Source of the DNA: Eledone cirrhosa
Taxonomy: Eukaryota
DNA length: 64,000 bases
NCBI GenBank assembly: GCA_964016885.1
Contig: OZ024745.1
Span: 65,658,001 to 65,722,000, forward strand
Direction: 5' to 3'
Shown here: positions 43,761 to 55,580 of the stretch, one piece after another
Position numbering within the stretch: the first letter of the stretch is position 1
How the letters are laid out: every line of letters begins with the position of its first letter
Notes under the pieces: model-generated
Database searches by the model: none
The model's input: the letters and a program-made list of their open reading frames with translations, nothing else
Told to the model about the DNA's origin: nothing
Translations under genes and position numbers: made by a program

Positions 43761-45886
43761 GTGAGTTTTCAGTTAAATTTTATATTATTGTGTAACTTGA
43801 CCCCCCGTCTGGACCTTCAGGTGGTGGGTCAACTCATTTTCGCCCCTACAGGGGCGAAATATTCGTTTGAAAAATTTTTTCTCCATCGAATTTTGGAAAA
43901 AATATATTATAAGTTTGATTACGTTATGAACGCTGCATTCAACGATAATGGTGGTGGAGAGGCGGTAAGACTACAGAGCTCGCAGTCAACACCGTCTTCT
44001 TCCCTTTCCTTCTCAATAGATACTATAGAGATGGAAAGACGAAATGAAAATGTAAAAACAAATTCATATCCAAACAACACAAATGACACCAAACAGTTCA
44101 ATGACAACAAAAATAACAGCAACACCAATAATGATGATAAAAACAACAATGATAACAACAACAAAGAAAAAAATAAAGACAACACCAATAACGCCAGCAT
44201 CAAAGACAACAACAACACCAACACCAACACCAAGGAAAATACGAATAATATCAACATCGGTGACAACAAGAATAACAACAACAATAACAACAATAATGAC
44301 AACACCACCAACACAAATAATTCCACAAAGAAACTAAAATCTCATTTGCACAGACAGTTCAGAAAAAAGAGGAACTGACATATCTAGACATAACAAATGC
44401 CAAACAACTTTTAAAGGACGCTAGGAGATATGGCACTTTCGAAAGAAATGGTGCTTTCAGCATCAATTCTCCGGTAGAAATTCGCAAGGAAACTGCTCTC
44501 AAAACGATAGTTTTTAGGACAGTTTCCAATTCTACCCGAAAACCAGTCCAATTGTCACAGAAAGAAATTGAACTGGTTTTCAAAAATTCAATGAATGATA
44601 TTGCATTCATTCAAAGAAGCAAACCTTTTGGGAGTATTTCGGTACTCATGAAGGATCAATTGACGGCCCAAAATTACTGTGTCGCCAATTGTATCCAACC
44701 TGTACACCTTTTTCCCTACATACATGGGAAAAAGGACACAAAAGATCAAAATCATGAGTGTCACACCAAAGGTGAACATATGGTGGATACTGTGCGGCTT
44801 CATCAATTTTGATGAAGACAGAATACTGTCAGTAGGAAAGTCCCCCAGAGATGTATTCAATGTGACTAGCATTGAAGTTCTGGTGCAAATGAGCCCAGAC
44901 CGAATAGCTATGATCCCACAACGTGTACTCCTGGACGGACTCACCTACATAAACTTTTCGGTTGAGGGTAGGCGGCCTTCATGTTACCATTGCTTTAGCA
45001 GGGGTCACCTGAGGGCTTCCTGTCCTAAATTAATGAGTAAAAAAAGGCTCTTCTGCCGACACCCATCAAAACAACACAACCCCCAACACTACCACAACAA
45101 CAACAACACCAACACACAAAAATAACCACAGCAAACACAGTCTCACCCAACCCCACTCCACCTAAAACCACTGCAAAATCACATACAGACACAACAGCTC
45201 CCCAAGACATACCCCTCCCCAATCACACAGACGATACAACAGATAAGGCTATCTCGCCATCACCCAGGAAGACGAGGGAGAACGCCATCGCTCGAAAAGA
45301 AAGAAAAGACATCACAAAAGCAAAAAACCAGCAAACACTACCACAAACATACAACCACCAACACAAACAACAAATACATCACAAACAAAACCCCCACGTT
45401 CTGAAAACAAAATACCTACAACAAAACGAAAGCACACACAAGAACTACAGACAAAAACAAACACAACACAAGAAAATTACACTTACACTTACATAAACAC
45501 TGAAAACAAAACACTAATGGAGACCATCACGAACGACCCTTCGGTGAAAACCGAAGGGAAAACTTTCGCCCACTCTATTAAAAATAACAAAAATCTGAAC
45601 CTAAAACTGATTAGGGTCCCTATATAAACTTATAGGTCCCTAAAAGAAACATTTGAGAAGGATGTGGTGAATTCCTGCGTGAAACCACTTAACCGCATCC
45701 TTCTCAAATGTCTCCCCACCCCAGACACCCCCATCCCACCAGACCCCACCCCACCAAACATCTCCGTCCCCACCCCGCCGGAACAACCCATCCAGACAAC
45801 CCCTCCAACACCCCCATGGAAATTATGCGGCCAGGTCCCCAGGAGACGAAGGGTGACTGATTTCTTTTCCTCTTTTAAATTTTCAG
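43761..45886 (+). other. Putative spliceosomal intron spanning all of ORF1
   Basis: Donor AAC|GTGAGT at 43761. Branch-like CTGAT at 45857-45861, polypyrimidine tract and TTTTCAG| ending at 45886, followed by CACCAAC-ATGG (ORF2 start). Prediction only, with no transcript evidence. Confidence 0.5.
43926..45860 (+). pseudogene. Retrotransposon ORF1 (gag-like, CCHC zinc knuckle), frameshifted
   Basis: ATG at 43926 (MNAAFNDNGGG...) and an Asn-rich tract. Continues across frameshifts near 44370, 44705 and 45040. CX2CX4HX4C knuckle CYHCFSRGHLRASC at 44982-45023, then a Pro/Thr/Gln-rich tail. The 3' end is approximate. Confidence 0.75.
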
Positions 45887-45893
45887 CACCAAC

Positions 45894-48800
45894 ATGGCCA
45901 ATATAAGAGTTGGATGTGTGAACGTACGCGGCCTGGGGATGCCCTGGAAACAGGGCAAACTCTTAAACGACCTCAGGTCGCACAGTATGGATGTGGTAGC
46001 CATTTGCGAGTCCAGGATCCACAGCGAGCAGCAGCTGGCCCCCATCTTTGATGACTTTGAGATCTACGCATCTCTCTGTCAACCAGGGGGTGGGGGCGGA
46101 GTTGCCGTTTTGCTGCGGAAACACCTGAGCCTAGTAACACAGACGGTACATCTGGACCCGGAGGGTCGACTGGTGGTCCTAGACGTTGACGGTAGTGAAG
46201 GTGGAGCCTTCAGGCTGGTCGCCGCATATGCCCCACCTGGGACACCGCGGCCAGACTTCTTCAAACGTCTAGAGACTTTTCTGGGAACGTCCCGCTCCTT
46301 GCTTTTAGTGGGGGACTGGAATGGAATCCTAGATGCACGTTGGGACTATGTGGGAGCATGTCCCGATAAGGGGGGGGGGGGTGTAACAGCCTCAAACAGT
46401 TAATCGACCGATTTGACCTGGCCGATAGATATCGACTAGATTTTCCGACTGCGCCACTGTGGACGTGGACTAATCGTAGCGGAACATCTAGATCGTACCT
46501 AGATAGGGTTCTAGTTAGAAATAAGGATAGGGACATGTTAAGCTGTCCACAAATGTTCATGGTTGCCTATTCAGATCACAAACTAGTGACCTGCATCGCC
46601 AACCTTGATAGAACCCATAGACAAGGACCCGGCTACTGGAAGCTGAACGTGTCGTTACCGACAAGCAAAGCCTACAGTAGACGGATTAGCACTTTAGTTA
46701 AACAGCACTTGACAGGGGCCATTGTCAACAACAGATGGTGGTACTCTCTCAAGAGGGCAGTTAGATTAGACTCGTTAGTTTTTAGTAAAGAATTAGCGTT
46801 AGATAGAAATAGAACCGAGAAGGAACTGGTAGATAAAGTAGAAGAGGCAATTAGAAGTGGCAACGTAGCCAGCGTGCTAGCAACAAGAACGGCCTTGGAC
46901 CAGTTCTTCGACGCAAAGCACGAGGGCTGCGTTGTCAGAAGCAAAATACGTGCTCTGGGAAACGAGGGAGCCAAAGCTGTTAGCTGGGCCCGAGTGACGG
47001 AGGCAAAAAGTGACAACAAGTCCACGATTCGGTCTTTGAAGGGCCAAAACGGACGCGTGATACGTGAGCCGAAACAGATGTGTGCGGCCTTTCAGCGGCA
47101 CTTTGCTCAACTGTTCGGGCGGGGAGGCGCGCCGGGAGTGGCTATGGATTTCGGTCCATACCTCGAGGGCCTACCGCGACTCTCGGACAGCGAGGCAAAG
47201 TTCTGCGAAAAGCCGATTTCAGCCGCTGAGATAGGGGACGCGCTGAGCCAATGCGGCAAACGCAAATCTCCAGGTCTCGACGGTCTACCCTACGAATTTT
47301 ACGTAGCAATGCCGGACTTATTCTTCGGTCTCCTGGAAGCGGTCTACTGCAACTGGCAACAGAACGGGAGAATTCCCAGTTCTGTAACCGGGGGCGTGGT
47401 CACATTAATCAGGAAGGACGAGAATAAGGGGGATGACATAGGCAACTTCCGGCCCATAACTCTGCTAAACACTGAGTTACAGATTTTGGCCAAGGTGTTG
47501 GCAAAGAGGCTGGCGCTTGTCGTCGAGAACCTGGTGGTAGAAGCGCAGACATGCGCAATCCATACACGACAACCTCCACCTCATGCGATACATCATAGAG
47601 AGGGTTGGTGTAAACCCGGCTTCGGTGGGGCCCTGATCAACTTGGATCAGTCTAAGGCTTTCGATAGGGTTGACCATCGTTACCTGGATGCGCTGCTCGA
47701 GGCGGCAGGCTTCGGACCAGTGTTCAGGGGCTGGATTACTGCAATGCACAACAGCAACATCTGCTCAAGGGTCAAGGTGAACGGCTACCTCTCGGAGCCG
47801 TTCCATATTACGCGATCCATTCGAGAGGAATGTCCTCTCTCCTCCCTTCTGTACGTACTGACTCTCGAGCCACTACTGCGGAAGTTGGAGCTATTGCAGG
47901 GCATCCCTCTGGAACCGGGACTGCGGAAAGCGGCGTCGGCCTACGCCGACGACGTGACAGTAATGGTATCGAGCGCCTCGCAAATCGAGGAAGTCGGCAC
48001 CTTACTGAAGGAATACGAAAGTTTCACAGGAGCGAAGTCCATCGGTTTGCAACTCGGATCGTGGAGAGGCAAACCGATGCCTTCCGATAGCGTCGTCGGA
48101 CGCTGGACGGAAGGACCGGTAAAGCTGCTCGGGGTCTGGTTTGGTCCGGACCTCCAGGTGGAGAAGAACTGGAACGAAGTGACGGCCAAGGTGTTTGCAC
48201 TCACCCAGAAGTGGGCCGAGTGCAAACTATCCTTGAAAGGTCGAGCGGAGGTGGCGAACACTTTTATAGCCTCCGCCATCTACTACCGCTTGACCGTCGT
48301 GCCTTGTCCAGCCAAAACGCTCGCCAAAATGGAGCCCGCGCTCTTCCAATTCCTTTGGAAGAGGCGGGCTCCTTTGGTGAGAAGATCCATCTGCTGCCAA
48401 CACCCTTCTAACGGAGGGCTGGGGATGCCGTGGTTGACGATGCGCAAACACGCGCTCAGGCTGCGGCATCTCTACGTATACCTCACCGGACAACCGGTGT
48501 GGGCCCCGTTCGTGAGGCGAGCCTTCCCACGACTCTTCTCGCTGACCGAGCCGCAGTCCTGGGTCAAGCAAAGACCGAGGAAAATGGGAGACTGGCACAT
48601 CGAATGTGCTCAGGCGCTCACAGCCCTCTGGCAGGCGGACCCGGCGATCAGTGGAGACTCCACTTCGTCATTCTATAGAGGGTTGATCCGCAGCAAGTGC
48701 GACGACGCGCTCGGTGAAACTCTAGGCGTAGAGGAAGATGAACTGGCCAGTCTGTTCGGTAGGACCTTCCGCCCGGGACCGATGGACAACTTCCAAAAGT

Positions 48801-49308
48801 CCCTGGCCTGGCAGTGCTACCGAGTAGCTCTACCAGTTCGAGACAAGCTCTACAGACATGGGCGGCCGGGCAGGGACCCTGCAAAAAAATCTGTCCGAGG
48901 TGCGTACGAGACGAAGAAACCGTCGCGCACGCATTCATACACTGCCCGGGCGTCACTGACCTGTAGGGCTATGTAGAACGACTATTGTCGCGGGCGGGAC
49001 CAATCCGGTTGACCACCGAGTCCATTGTCATGATCAAACCGCTACCCTCCTTCAAAAACGAAGGAGAGGCGGTTTTCCTTTGTGTGATAGCTATGGCGAA
49101 AGAGGTTGTATGGTGGACAAGGTTAAAAGGGTTGAGGTCAGACACCTTTCTCTCCGGCCAACAACTGATTATTTTTTTCAAATACCACTTTGGAAGAAGA
49201 ATCAGGATGGAGAGAGAGGTGCTGTACCCCAGCAAGTTTTATGAAAGGTGGGTGAAAGTGGCGAGAATGGCCCGAGTGAATGGGCCTTCTCTCTATATCA
49301 GCCTGTAG
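45894..49308 (+). pseudogene. Retrotransposon ORF2 (APE endonuclease, reverse transcriptase, CCHC), disrupted
   Basis: APE motifs NVRGL, VAICES, GDWN, SYLDR and SDH. RT motifs KSPGLDG, FRPITLLN, DQSKAFDRV and YADD (47942-47953). CCHC CPRC-X8-H-X4-C near 48892-48945. Lesions: frameshift in G12 (46370-46381), compensating deletions at ~47560-47610, frameshift in A7 (48883-48889) and TAG at 48964 where copy 3 has TGG. Confidence 0.92.
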
Positions 49309-49561
49309 GTTGAGGAAAAGGAGGAGGAGAGGAAAGGAGTACAAACTCTTCGTACTCCTGGAAATGAGGGTTGCACATTTTTTCGGGGGTATGTGTTACC
49401 CATATAAACTGTCTCCCCCTATTGGGGAAAATCGACTAACTTTTTAAATTGCATTTGTGATAACATTTTACACGTTTTTATTGTATGTAAACTTCCCCCT
49501 TTGTATTTGTTCCCTTCTTTTGTGCCCCTGTGGCTAATAAAGAAACATATCTACCAATCTC

Positions 49562-49647
49562 TATTTTTATACGCTTGTTTGTAAACTCCCCACTTTGTAT
49601 TTGTATTTGTCCCCATCATTTGTGACCCTGTGGCAAATAAAGAAATA
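49562..49647 (+). mobile_element. ~85-bp 3'-end stub of a related Tx1-type element (copy 2)
   Basis: Similar but not identical to the last ~85 nt of the copy 1 3' UTR. Ends CCCTGTGGCAAATAAAGAAATA|TATCTATCTATCTATC. Confidence 0.85.
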
Positions 49648-49733
49648 TATCTATCTATCTATCTGTTTCCCCGACTGTTTATTTATTTATTTATTTATTT
49701 ATTTGTTTATTTATTTATCTCTCTATCTATCTA
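49648..49733. repeat. (TATC)n/(TATT)n spacer microsatellite between element copies
   Basis: TATC x4, then an ATTT run, then TATCTCTCTATCTATCTA up to the copy 3 junction. Confidence 0.9.
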
Positions 49734-51826
49734 CGGGCAGATTCCCAGTTCTGTAGGCAGAGGCGTAGTAACGCTGATCAGGAAAGATGATAACAAGGGG
49801 GATGAGATAAGAAATTTCAGGCCCATAACTCTGCTCAACACAGAGTTAAAGATTTTGGCCAAGGTGTTATTGTCGAGAACCTGGTAGGGGAGCGCAAACG
49901 TGTGCAATCCCGACCAGGTCCATACACGACAACCTCCACCTCATGCGATAAATCATAGAGAGGGTAGGGTCTAAACCTGGCTTGGGTGAGGCTCTGATCA
50001 ATTTAGATTAGTCTAAGGCATTTGATAGGGTCGACCATCAATACTTGGAGGCGGTTCTCAAGGCGGCCGGCTTCGGTCCCGTCTTCAGAAGCTGGATCGC
50101 TGCCATGCACACCAGCATCTGCTCGGCAGTCAAGGTGAATGGCTACCTATCGGAGCCATTCCAAATCATGCGTTCCATCAGTAAGGGATGCGCTCTCTCT
50201 TCCATTCTGCATGGACGGACTCTCGCGCCATTAATGCAGAAGTTGAAGCGGTTACAGGGAATCCCGATAAAACCAGGACTGCGGAAAGCAGTAAAAGTGT
50301 CGAAAACCTCGGAAATCGGGATAATCGGCGACCTATTACAGGAATACGAAACGTTGACAGGAGCATGACTAAACCCAAACAAGTTTGTCGGTTTGCAGCT
50401 CGGCACTTGGAGAGGCAAACCCATGCCTTCCGACAGTGTCGTTGGACGCTGGACGGAAGGACAGGTGAAATTGCTCGGGGTCTGGTTTGGTCCAGACCTC
50501 TAGGTGGACAAGAACTGGAACGAGGTCACGGCGTAAGTGTTTGCACTCGCCCGGAAGTGGGATGAGTGCAAACTCTCCTTGAAAGGTCGGGTGGCGTCCG
50601 TCATCTACTACCGCTTGACAGTCGTGCCTTGCCCCGCAAACACCTCACCAAAATGGAACGCCTACTGTTCAAGTTCCTCTGGAAAAACAGGCTTCATTGG
50701 TGAGGGATCTATCTGCTGTCAACACCTTTCTAACGGAGGGCTGGGCATGCCGTGGCTGATGATGCGCAAACACGCGCTGAGATTACGCCATCTCCAGGTA
50801 TTCCTGACCGGCGAACCGGTATGGCTGTCGTTTGTGAGACGAGCTCTTCCACAACTCGTCTCACTAACAGAGCTGCAGTCCTGGGTCAAGCGAAGACCGA
50901 AAATGGGCGCCTGGCACCTCGAGTGCCTTCAGGTGCTCACAGCCCTCTATCAAGCGGAAACGGCAATCAGCGGAGACTCCACTTCCACATTCTATAGGGG
51001 ATTAGTGGAGGATAAGTGCGACGACGTTCTCTAGGCATCGAGGAGGACAAACTGACCAGTCTGTTCGGGAGGACTTTCCGTACAGGGCCTATGGATAACT
51101 TCCAGAAGTCTCTGGCCTGGCAGTGCTACCGAGGAGCTCTACCAGTTCGAGACAAAATCTACAGGCACGGCCGCTCTGGTAAAGATCCTGCCAGGACCTG
51201 TCCAAGATGCGAGCAGGACATCGAAATCGTTGCCCAGAGGTGACCGATCTGTGGAATTATGTCGAACAGCTACTGTCACGTGTGGGACGCATCCAGTTGT
51301 CAGCCGAGTCCATCGTGAGGTTCACTCCGTCGCCTTCATTTGTGAATGAAGGAGAGGCGGTTTTCCTCTGTCTGGTGGCTATGGTGAAAGAGGTAATATG
51401 GTGGACGAGGTTAAAAGGACTGAGGGAAAACACCTTTCTCTACGGACAAAAGCTAATCCCCTTCTTTAAGTATCACTTCAGAAGGAAGGTGAGAGTAGAG
51501 AGAGAGGTGCTACATCCCAGTAAATTTGCTGAAAGGTCGGTGAATGTGACTAAAATGGCCCGAGTGAATGGGTCTTCTCTGTATATAAACCTGTAGGTTG
51601 AGGAAGATAAAAAGAGGGAAGACGGAACACCTACAAAACGTGTTCCTGGTGTTGAGGGTTGTAAAACAACCCCGTAGTAACTTTCCACCCTAATGGGGAT
51701 TTCGATTGTTTTATTTTATATATAGTTTATTGTTATTCATCATTGTTAAATATTTTATGTAAAACCTCCGCCGTCACGTCTTGTAATGTCCCATTTCTGT
51801 ACGCCCCTGTGGCAAATAAAGAAAGA
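49733..51826 (+). mobile_element. 5'-truncated, diverged Tx1/L1-type element (copy 3, ~2.1 kb; RT to 3' UTR)
   Basis: Starts mid-RT, aligning to copy 1 from ~47364. Colinear with copy 1 ORF2 but with stops and deletions. ORF2 stop at 51596. Ends CCCTGTGGCAAATAAAGAAAGA|TATCTGTCTATC. Confidence 0.93.
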
Positions 51827-51913
51827 TATCTGTCTATCTGTCTGTCTGTCTGTATATATTATGTCTATCTGTCAGTCTGTTTATTTATCAATTTATCTAT
51901 CTGTCTGTCTGTC
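51827..51913. repeat. Degenerate (TATC/TGTC)n microsatellite; 3' flank of the retrotransposon cluster
   Basis: TATCTGTCTATCTGTCTGTC...TTTATCTATCTGTCTGTCTGTC. Confidence 0.85.
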
Positions 51914-54900
51914 TTTTTCTTTCTTCCTTACATTCTAATATTATTCCCTTCGTTCCCCCACCAACTACGAGTATTTTTAGTTTTTCTTTCTTTCAGTCTT
52001 TTATAAATCCTTTCATCCATCGTTTTTACTGTCTTTATTTACAGTGTAACAACCAAGAAGTAAATTGGCATCAATTTTAAGCGTCTAGACTCGTTGTAAA
52101 ATATTTCACAAATAGTGAACACCATACAAAATAGCAACAACAATAGAGCCATCAAAATCAAACTGAACATCAATTATGAATAAAATATAAGGAAGCAAAG
52201 AAGAAATCCGCCCCTTCTGAAAACAATGTGAAAATAAAAACATATTGTGTAGATTTTAAACTAAAAATAGAAAGTATGTATAATTATAGGTATACTTCAA
52301 CAGTGCTAAATAATACTACAAATGACAGTAAATAAGCATTGGTAAGATACATCCGACAAAATACATCTTACACACAACCTTCTGTATTAATGTCTTACAC
52401 AAACACAAGCTTGACTAAGACATTAATACAGTCGATTATATCCACCCACCTGACATTCGCTGAAAGGCAAATTTGACCTCAGAGTGTAAAGAGTTCGTAA
52501 AATATAGACGTTGTCAATCAGCCCCACCGTGAAAAAAAAAAAAAAAGGAAAAAGGATAATCCGTCTATCGAAGACACACCTATCATATACATAGCAAGCC
52601 CTCTACAATTTGATCAAATTCCTTCCAATACCGAACAATAGGACAGCTTATATGATAATAACAATCGGAAGTGATATTCAATTATTATACCCACGGTGAT
52701 TGAATTCTAATTTAATTTAGCACTTCGGAAGGATAAAATGAAATGCTGGCCTCATTGAATTAGAATCACAGGAAATACATATGATGTTGCAAGGGATGGA
52801 GTATTTTGCTGCTATTGTTATTATTTCAAAACAATTGAGAGTTAGAATGGCTGCCTTTAAAAGTTCTAGGGTCAGTGAAACCTAGTCAATTACTGGGGTT
52901 GATGTAGTCAAACAAAGTTAGAAATTTCAAGACGTTTCTAACTTTGTGCTTATCTTAGAAACAACAATCCGAGCAAAGTAATACCTTTTGCACGAAGGTT
53001 CAACTTCATACTCATATAACTACTCCCCATCACTCAAATGCCACAGCAAACGGCCACAGCTCACATTCACACATTACGTGTGCAGATCCTGTCGGGATGG
53101 TTCTTGCGTTTCATATTTTCAGAGACGAAAAGCAATTACTGATAAAGTAATGATGTCGGTTTAATACACTCACCTCCCACGCTCCAACGTTATGTGACTT
53201 TGTTCTATTGTTAGTAATAAATTTAATTGATTACTAACAATAGAACATCTGTATATATTTATCATAATAACTGTAATTACTTTCCTAATCTACTCCAGCC
53301 GCACATTCTAGCCGACAATCTTCTATCACACCAACCTCTTCAATGAATGTTTTAATCATCACGTTCAAAGCCATCAACAATCACCTACATCATTATGTCC
53401 CGACATAAACGATGATCAGCATCAACACCATTTACTCAATGAATCAACATACGCTACTGTCACCAGTAGCAACTGTGATGTCAACATTTTAATCATTGTA
53501 GATAATACGAGTAGAAGACTATTTATAAAGTAAATGTGTTCACGAATAATTAAATCTCTTATCTCAAGTCGAAGGATGGAGCGTTATATTGTATATCGTA
53601 ATAACTGTCGCAGATAATTACAGAATGGCATTTCAGCTGATGATTTACCGAAATACGTTACACTGGTAATTAATCTTCGATGTAGTATTTAAAGGGACAA
53701 AACTTAAATTTAATAACCATTAACTAAAGTTGAAATATCAATTTCATTGTTAAATTAGGATTATGTTGAGTGTTTCTGTATATATTTCAATGTGAAATTA
53801 AGCGATTTCAGCACAAACTGCAATAAACGGATGAAAATAGGAGCAAACCAAATCTGCAGGAACATCTAGATTCCACGTAGAAAACAATTCAATATATTTG
53901 ATGTATTCAATACATCATGAACGTCAATGGGAAATATATAACTAGCACAAACACTCATTCCCACCTTCAGTCAGCCTTGTATGAATTAGTGCCAAAGTAA
54001 GAAATTAATTTTAGCTTAATTAGATTTTTGGTGTTTGAATAATGTATTATCGTGTGCTATTATCGTAAAGCAAACCTATTAACGGAGTAACATTTCCAAA
54101 CGTATTTATTTCACTTGTGAATATATTAAATAGATGTTTTATTATCAGTTTCGTTGACTACAAAAATCCTATTTATGTTGTGACCCTCACTAAAATTCAA
54201 TAAAATTGACAATGCTATTGTTGTTGCTGTTGCTTCGCCTCAGTCCATGTCTGATTGAATATATATATTATCAAATGCATTTCAGCCAAGAAAATCGTGG
54301 CCTCCTCTTAGGAATTGCATATATGTGTCAGCGTTATTCAATGTGCCTTTGGTTTTCATTTTCAAGAGAGCAGCGTGTAATTTGGAAATTCTGCTCCAAT
54401 TTGCAGCAGATGATATTTTACTTAGTTTAGTCAGATATGAGATTGTTTGGGCGAAATTACTTTCACTAATTTCATAGGCTCCATATTACTAAGTTAGGAA
54501 TTAAGGATCCCTTTCACTCAACACTTTCTGAATAGTCACTATCTAATCGCACATACAGTTAGCTATCTCTCCGTTTAGGTGTAACCGTCTGAAGTCATAT
54601 ATGACTTATACTTAGAGAGTAAGAAAAGAATCAGTTTTATCAGTCAGCGAGAAATGAATAGCTCAGCTCTTAGCAAACCGAAACTGCTTAGTTTCGATTC
54701 TTTGATGAAAGTCATGAATCGTTTATTATGCTTATACTACTTTTGACAAAAGAATTTCTTGGTAGAGCAATCAATTCAAACTACTTTTGATATACATATA
54801 CCCTTTCTGATACGCCAAAATAAATCAAACATTATTTCTCACCGAGGCGATATTTGTGAGGCGGAAAAGCTCTATGATGCCGACGAGTTGTGAAATCAAA

Positions 54901-55464
54901 GCTGATGTCGAGAAAATTTGATCTTAGAAATCTAAATAATGTTTATGGTGAATGATGTTCATTTCAATGTTAACTCCAAAAATCCAATATGCAATATGGG
55001 TTCAATCAAATTCTGATACAATTTCAAAATAGCAGAGTGAGGTTTAGCAGATTACGTATTTTTTCTATATCATAAATATACACATCTCAAATTCATAATT
55101 TCGATTCGATTTCGAGTGCACTACACGAATGTCGTCTACTTGACCCTCTGGCGGATCAATAGTTTAAGAGTGCAATTTGACAGATGGAAATATACGTCTG
55201 TGTATGTGCGTGTGTGTGTGTATACCGGTGGATAAACATTGGTTTGTATGAAAATGATAACTTAGTCGCTCGATTAAATAATGGGGTCGATATGAAAGCG
55301 GTGTGTCTTCGTGGTAACAATCGAATTACTGAAAACTTTTAAGAGGTTAAATCAAAGGAAATATAAATTTACGTGACAGATTTTCCGAGAATTTATTCAT
55401 GCTTGCTTCATTTCTCTTATTAGTATTGGTAACTATCAATAAATATTGGTAAGACACAGTAAAT

Positions 55465-55580
55465 AATTGGTGCTTAGTCTTTCCATTCAGGAGAGATACA
55501 AGCACATATAAATCGAGCGGAATTTGAACTCAATACTTATGAGGCGTATTAAATACACCATCACAACTATTTCAGTGCTG
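55465..55580 (-). mobile_element. Degenerate tRNA-derived SINE remnant
   Basis: GCGGAATTTGAACTCA at 55517-55532 reads TGAGTTCAAATTCCGC on the - strand (pol III B-box-like). A related copy lies at ~57755. Boundaries are approximate. Confidence 0.5.

Larger units (their letters stand above)
43738..49547 (+). mobile_element. Full-length, decayed Tx1/L1-clade non-LTR retrotransposon (copy 1, ~5.8 kb)
   Basis: 5' UTR, ORF1 with a zinc knuckle, ORF2 with APE endonuclease, RT and C-terminal CCHC, and a 3' UTR ending CCCTGTGGCTAATAAAGAAACA|TATCTA. The motifs GYWKLN, LSLKGR and GGLG are typical of Tx1/L1 ORF2. Confidence 0.93.

Noticed and set aside
49562-49647. LTR or simple tandem duplication of the copy 1 3' end
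   Set aside because: It differs from copy 1 at many positions and has its own TATC tail, and the element has a non-LTR domain structure. It is better explained as a separate truncated insertion.
43919-51688. Antisense and alternate-frame ORFs within the retrotransposons
   Set aside because: Shadows of low-complexity or GC-rich coding sequence, with no motifs.
53634-53667. CTGATGA-TTTACC-GAAA hammerhead-like core
   Set aside because: No stem II and no properly registered stem I.
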